In this document: positions 27,283-31,364 of the stretch, piece after piece
How positions within the stretch are numbered: position 1 is the first letter of the stretch
How the letters are laid out: each line of letters begins with the position of its first letter
DNA from: Verrucomicrobiales bacterium
GTDB lineage: Bacteria; Verrucomicrobiota; Verrucomicrobiia; Verrucomicrobiales; V1-33
Reading direction: 5' to 3'
DNA length: 31,364 nt
Assembly (NCBI GenBank): GCA_031411295.1
Contig: JANOAV010000109.1
Coordinates: 1-31,364, forward strand
Program-made: the position numbers and the translations under genes
Notes under the pieces: generated by a model
Told to the model about the DNA's origin: nothing
Seen by the model: only the letters and a program-made list of their open reading frames with translations
Databases searched by the model: none

Positions 27283-29606
27283 TCTGTAGTTCCTTTCGTG
27301 ATTTCGTGAAGCAGCCCCTCGGTCTCCTGCTCTAGGGCGATGATGTCGGCGCTGATCTGGGCGAGGGTGCGGAGCTGGGGTGGCTGGTAGAAGTGGCGCG
27401 TGAAACTGACTTCATAGCCGATCTTGGTGTCGGCCTCGACGAGCCAGGCATCGGGTGTGTAGGGCAGGACTTCGCGGCGGATGAAGGCTTCGATGCCGCC
27501 CTCCTCCAGCAGCGGGATTTGCTCGTAGTCGCGGAGTTCGCTGTCAGGCTCGTATTCGACGAGAGCGGGCTTGCCTTTGAGTTTGATTTCGTAAAGTCCG
27601 CGCAGGGGATCGGCCTTTGTTTTGCCGGGCTTGTGGATTTTCTTGATGACAGGAGGGGCCGTTTCTTCCCTCCAGCTCACCGCTTGGATGATGAGTTTCA
27701 ACTCGGAAGCGGAGAGCCGGAGTTCCACGGACTTAACGGCAGCGTAAACGGCGTCCAAGAAAACGTTATGGTCGGTAAAAATATCTCCGCCCAGTTCTTT
27801 CCGTAGTTTGTTGGCGGCTGCCAGCACTTGGGAATCCCTGCGCCAACTGGACGGATCCAGCAGCTTCTTCCTTTTCTTCTCAGGCAACCCTTGCTTGGGA
27901 GCTTCAGTGTCCTCTGAGGTTTCTGCTTCCTCGGATTTCTCGGACCAGTCAGCCAGGAGCTTTTCCAGCTTGGGCAAGGTGGTGTCCCATTTCTCCACCA
28001 GGGCGTCCCCCAATTGAGCATAAATCTCCGCACGGATGTCTTCGTCCCCGGAGGCGAAGCGCAGAGGCTCGATGCGCGGGCGGGTGAGCTGGCTGTGGAG
28101 GCGGAGCGGGCGCTCGACCTTCACTTTCCAATAACCGAAGGCGGCATTGGGGAAGATTTTCGACTGCGGCGTTTCCTCGAACTTCAGGAAGGTGTCGCAG
28201 ATGCGCTGGATGTCCTCGGGGGCGAGTTCGCAGTTCTTTTTTCCCATGTTCTTCCGCAGCGGGCGGAACCAGGTAGTGGCGTCAATGAGCTGGATCTTGC
28301 CCTTGCGCTGCTCGGCCTTCCGGTTCGTGAGCACCCAGATGTAGGTGGCGATGCCAGTGTTATAAAACATGTTCAGCGGCAGGGCGACGATGGCCTCCAG
28401 CCAGTCGTTCTCAATGATCCAGCGGCGGATGTTGCTCTCGCCCTGCCCGGCGTCGCCAGTGAACAAAGATGAGCCGTTGTGCACCTCGGCGATGCGGCTG
28501 CCGAGCGGGGTGTCGTGCTTCATCTTGCTGAGCATGTTGGCGAGAAACATCATCTGGCCATCGCTGCTGCGGGTGATGAGGGAGTATTCGGGATCGCCCG
28601 CGTGGGTGATGATGAAGCGAGGGTCTTTGATGCCCTGCTTGCCACCCATCCGCTCCATGTCGCTCTTCCAACTCTTGCCATAGGGCGGGTTCGACAACAT
28701 GAAATCGAAGGTGTGAGAGCGGAATGCGTCCGCTGAGAGCGTGGAATGGGCAGGCCCGCCGACGATGTTGTCCGCCGCGTCACCATCGCCTTTGAGTAAC
28801 ATGTCAGCTTTGCAAATGGCGTAGGACTCAGCGTTGATTTCCTGGCCGTAGAGGTGCGTGGCGACTTGTTTGCCGCGCGCCGCTGCAATTTCCTTCAGTG
28901 TCTCCTCCCCGACAGTGACCATGCCTCCGGTGCCGATCGTGCCGTCGTAGAGGAGATAGGTGGCCGATTCGATCTGGTCGGCGATGGGCAGGAAAATGAG
29001 ACAGGCCATCAGCTTCACGGCATCGCGTGGGGTCCAGTGTTCGCCAGCCTCTTCGTTGTTCTCTTCGTTGAAGCGGCGCACCAGTTCCTCGAAGACCGTG
29101 CCCATGGAATGATTATCGAGGCCGGGCAGTTCGCCCACGGGGCGGGGGCTGAAGTTGACGTCCTTATCAAGGAACTTCTCGATGAGCTGGCCCAGGCCGT
29201 CGGACTCGGAGAGCCGGGGAATTTGATTCCGAAACTCGAAGTTCTTGAGGATGTCCTGCACGTTCGGCGAGAAGCCGTCGAGGTAAGCCATGAAGTCGTC
29301 CTTGAGCGTCTGCTGAGTCTTGCGGGACTTCAGGTCACGCAGGAGGAAGGGTGAGGTGTTATAGAAAGCCTGACCAGAGGCAGAGCGGAGAGCGTCGTCC
29401 TGGTTGGTGATCTTCTCCTTATCGAGGGCCGCTTTCATTTCGAGCACGGCTTGCTTCGTCGGCTCCAGCACGGCATCAAGGCGGCGGAGAACGGTCATGG
29501 GCAAAATGACATCGCGGTATTTGCCGCGGACGAAGACGTCGCGGAGCGTGTCGTCGGCGATGCCCCAGATGAAATTGGTGATCCAGTTGAGTTGGGCTTG
29601 GTCCAT
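27279..29606 (-). CDS. hsdM: Type I R-M methyltransferase subunit
   Basis: FIWGIADD, GEHWTPRD, YDGTIGTGGM (motif I), YGQE, NPPY (motif IV), FYNTGIATYIW. Confidence 0.97.
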   Translation of the reverse strand: MDQAQLNWITNFIWGIADDTLRDVFVRGKYRDVILPMTVLRRLDAVLEPTKQAVLEMKAALDKEKITNQDDALRSASGQAFYNTSPFLLRDLKSRKTQQTLKDDFMAYLDGFSPNVQDILKNFEFRNQIPRLSESDGLGQLIEKFLDKDVNFSPRPVGELPGLDNHSMGTVFEELVRRFNEENNEEAGEHWTPRDAVKLMACLIFLPIADQIESATYLLYDGTIGTGGMVTVGEETLKEIAAARGKQVATHLYGQEINAESYAICKADMLLKGDGDAADNIVGGPAHSTLSADAFRSHTFDFMLSNPPYGKSWKSDMERMGGKQGIKDPRFIITHAGDPEYSLITRSSDGQMMFLANMLSKMKHDTPLGSRIAEVHNGSSLFTGDAGQGESNIRRWIIENDWLEAIVALPLNMFYNTGIATYIWVLTNRKAEQRKGKIQLIDATTWFRPLRKNMGKKNCELAPEDIQRICDTFLKFEETPQSKIFPNAAFGYWKVKVERPLRLHSQLTRPRIEPLRFASGDEDIRAEIYAQLGDALVEKWDTTLPKLEKLLADWSEKSEEAETSEDTEAPKQGLPEKKRKKLLDPSSWRRDSQVLAAANKLRKELGGDIFTDHNVFLDAVYAAVKSVELRLSASELKLIIQAVSWREETAPPVIKKIHKPGKTKADPLRGLYEIKLKGKPALVEYEPDSELRDYEQIPLLEEGGIEAFIRREVLPYTPDAWLVEADTKIGYEVSFTRHFYQPPQLRTLAQISADIIALEQETEGLLHEITKGTTE

Positions 29607-29734
29607 GAAAGGTTTTGTTGGTTTAGGCGGCGAGAGCGGGGGTCTTGGTGTAGCCTTTGCCGGGATCGGGGAAAGTGGGAAGGAGGAATGATGAATGAAG
29701 CAGTGAAAGACCGTCTTCCTTTATCATTCTACTG

Positions 29735-29835
29735 CGCTGAAGGGTGCCGATGAAGCCGGATTCGATGCCATCTTCACGGAGCACCGAGCTGGGGGCGTCA
29801 TCCGGGAAGTGGTCATTGAATTTAGTGGGCGGCAT
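29735..29835 (-). pseudogene. Possible 5' stub of a different hsdR gene
   Basis: LREDGIESGFIGTLQ resembles the recalled HsdR N-terminus (E.QIE.GFIG.LQ.LKY), then similarity stops. Confidence 0.35.
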
Positions 29836-30009
29836 GGCTGGGTGTGGTTGGCGGGTATGGTAGCGAGCGGGGCGGAGTTGGCAAGGTTTGGGTGAGGATT
29901 TTCTTACAGGCCCTTAAAGAACCTGTGGTGTGGTGGCAGAAAATATTTATGCACGTTTCCGAAAAAAAATTATTGCCAAGGCTAGGGGTAGTATGCTAAA
30001 GGCGAATTT

Positions 30010-30600
30010 ATGCCGCAGTCATTAACATGGAACTCTGGTTTGGCGTGGAATACGCCGGGGGCTACGTGGAATGGCACGGTGAACCCAAACCCACCTAATA
30101 CCATGCCAAATGACAATAGAATCAGTGCTGAAGTAACCGCTGCGAATCTGGCGCTTTTTTTGACGAAGATAACGGAGATGAAGGCTATAACGCCATTTCT
30201 GATTAACTTAACGAAGGATGAACGGATTAAAATGGCGAAGCTGGGGGCGGCTTCGTTGGCGTTCGATGAGCAATGCGCGAGTTACATGGCGAGTGCCCCG
30301 AATCTGGTCCCTCCGTTCGTGGACCCAGCGGAGGCAACGAAGGACAGGTCGTTGCGGTTGGCGCTGGCGACGATGGTGCGCGAAAGCAAAAAGCTCTGCG
30401 AGATGCTGGAAGATACGCTGATGCAGGTGGGCAGCGAGATCTGGCTGGCGGATCTCTCCTTCTACCAAACGGTGCGCCAGGCGGCTAAACGAAATGTGCC
30501 GGGGGCGGATACCATTTATGATGACCTGAAGGAGCGGTTCCCCGGTGTGGCGGGTGATCCCGAAGAGGAACCCGTGCCCCCGACGCCTCCGGTGCCGTAG
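30010..30600 (+). CDS. Conserved alpha-helical hypothetical protein with a Trp-repeat N-terminal extension
   Basis: DNRIS...PFLINLTKDER...EDTLMQVGSE...AAKRNVPGADTIYDDLKERF resembles a widespread uncharacterised family (from memory). N-terminus WNSGLAWNTPGATWNG; alternative start at MPNDNR. Confidence 0.8.
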   Translation: MPQSLTWNSGLAWNTPGATWNGTVNPNPPNTMPNDNRISAEVTAANLALFLTKITEMKAITPFLINLTKDERIKMAKLGAASLAFDEQCASYMASAPNLVPPFVDPAEATKDRSLRLALATMVRESKKLCEMLEDTLMQVGSEIWLADLSFYQTVRQAAKRNVPGADTIYDDLKERFPGVAGDPEEEPVPPTPPVP

Positions 30601-30708
30601 TCGGAGCGCCCCCGCTCCGAGAACGGTGGTCGGAGCGCCCCCGCTCCGAGAATAGTAGCCGGAGCGCCCCCGCTCCGAGGTTGGTGGTCGGAGCGCCTCC
30701 GCTCCGAG
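30597..30708 (+). repeat. Four tandem GT(A/G)G REP-like palindromes, 29-bp period
   Basis: GTRG-YCGGAGCG-CCYC-CGCTCCGAG starting at 30597, 30626, 30655 and 30684. Confidence 0.85.
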
Positions 30709-30740
30709 TATTTCCGGGGCTCCTCGGATGGGGATGACCG

Positions 30741-30789
30741 GAGGCGAGGGCGCCTCGGAAACCTTTGGGGACGGGGGCGTCCCCGCTAC
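30741..30789 (-). repeat. Two related REP-like palindromes in opposite orientation
   Basis: Minus strand: GTAGC-GGGGACG-CCCC-CGTCCCC and GTTTCC-GAGGCG-CCCT-CGCCTC. Confidence 0.6.
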
Positions 30790-30812
30790 GCTGGGGGAAA
30801 TCCGATCCCTTT

Positions 30813-31098
30813 GGGGTGGTGAAGGGAACCTCAAGGGGGTGGTATGACCACCCCCAGAGGGGGGCTTCACCACCCCCAGAGGGGGGTATCGGGACCTCTG
30901 GAGGGGGGTATGACCACCCTTGGAGGGGGGTAATCGGAGCCTCCGGGGTGGTGATTCGATGCCTGAGGGGTGGTGCGGACCTCCTCCAGGGCATCGGAGG
31001 GGATGCCTGAGGGGTATCGGCGGGATGCCTGAGGGGTGGTCATCGGGGGCCCGAAGGGATCGGCGGGATACCTTGAGGGGTTCGGCTTCGATGCCCTT
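30813..31098. repeat. Array of 13 degenerate 22-bp units
   Basis: G-rich starts recur at exactly 30813+22n up to 31077; each unit has a G-rich 5' half and a C-containing 3' half. Confidence 0.8.
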
Positions 31099-31138
31099 TT
31101 TGCTGGTGGAATTCGGTTTTTTGGTCGTCTTTTACCGC

Positions 31139-31212
31139 TGGAGTTCGGTCTTTAGGCCGTAATATTTTATACAAAACTAGCCTAATGGGGACGGGCTAAA
31201 GCCCGAACTCCA
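31139..31212. repeat. Inverted REP-like pair (REPIN-like)
   Basis: TGGAGTTCGGTCTTTAGGCCGT (31139-31160, +) and TGGAGTTCGGGCTTTAGCCCGT (31191-31212, -) are 20/22 identical with a 30-bp AT-rich spacer; a decayed copy lies at 31107-31128. Confidence 0.7.
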
Positions 31213-31297
31213 ACGGATTTGCAACAGAATGAACGATGGATGATATGCTGTCTGCTTGCCTTATTTAATGATTCACAATTTACTCACTCTCTAAATT

Positions 31298-31364
31298 ATG
31301 TTTGACCCAAATTTACCACAAGCCGGTGCGGAACTTGATGCGGTGTTAATGCGAAATCAGCTCA
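31298..31364 (+). CDS. Hypothetical protein, 5' end only
   Basis: MFDPNLPQAGAELDAVLMRNQL, open to the window edge; resembles recalled Verrucomicrobia M.FDP.LP...MR.QL N-termini. Confidence 0.5.
   Translation, partial: MFDPNLPQAGAELDAVLMRNQL

Noticed and set aside
30597..31098. CRISPR array
   Set aside because: The variable parts between the 29-bp-period repeats are only about 7 nt, the 22-bp array has no constant repeat, and there are no cas genes in the window.
30208..31162. ORFs of 221, 169, 81 and 80 aa across the repeat region
   Set aside because: Products of GC-rich repeats with 29- and 22-bp periods, which are not codon multiples, or antisense to the real gene.

Overview
Probably a Verrucomicrobiota chromosome segment (inferred from gene families and A/C-rich, mostly SD-less starts; not proven). 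It has four parts. (1) 1-5.9 kb is an accessory island: a secreted tandem-FN3 protein missing from the ORF track (runs off the left edge), an AT-rich secreted alpha/beta-hydrolase, a divergent HTH/ligand-binding regulator and chimeric gene fragments. (2) 5.9-19 kb is a core-like block: a full-length RapA homologue with every SF2 ATPase motif degenerate, an AmgK/APH-like kinase, the CP-ATP-grasp/alpha-E/transglutaminase operon behind a sORF and structured leader, an SLC13-type permease, a beta-propeller protein and prfC. (3) 19.1-29.8 kb is a type I R-M operon with three embedded genes (Abi-alpha-like, class III cyclase-like, Schlafen-HATPase). hsdS has an in-frame TGA at codon 4, and the cyclase lies between 54-bp direct repeats of the hsdS 3' end. 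(4) 30-31.4 kb holds a helical hypothetical gene followed by REP-like palindromes and 13 fixed-length (22 bp), sequence-variable hairpin-like units. All family calls come from motif recognition by eye; no searches were run.
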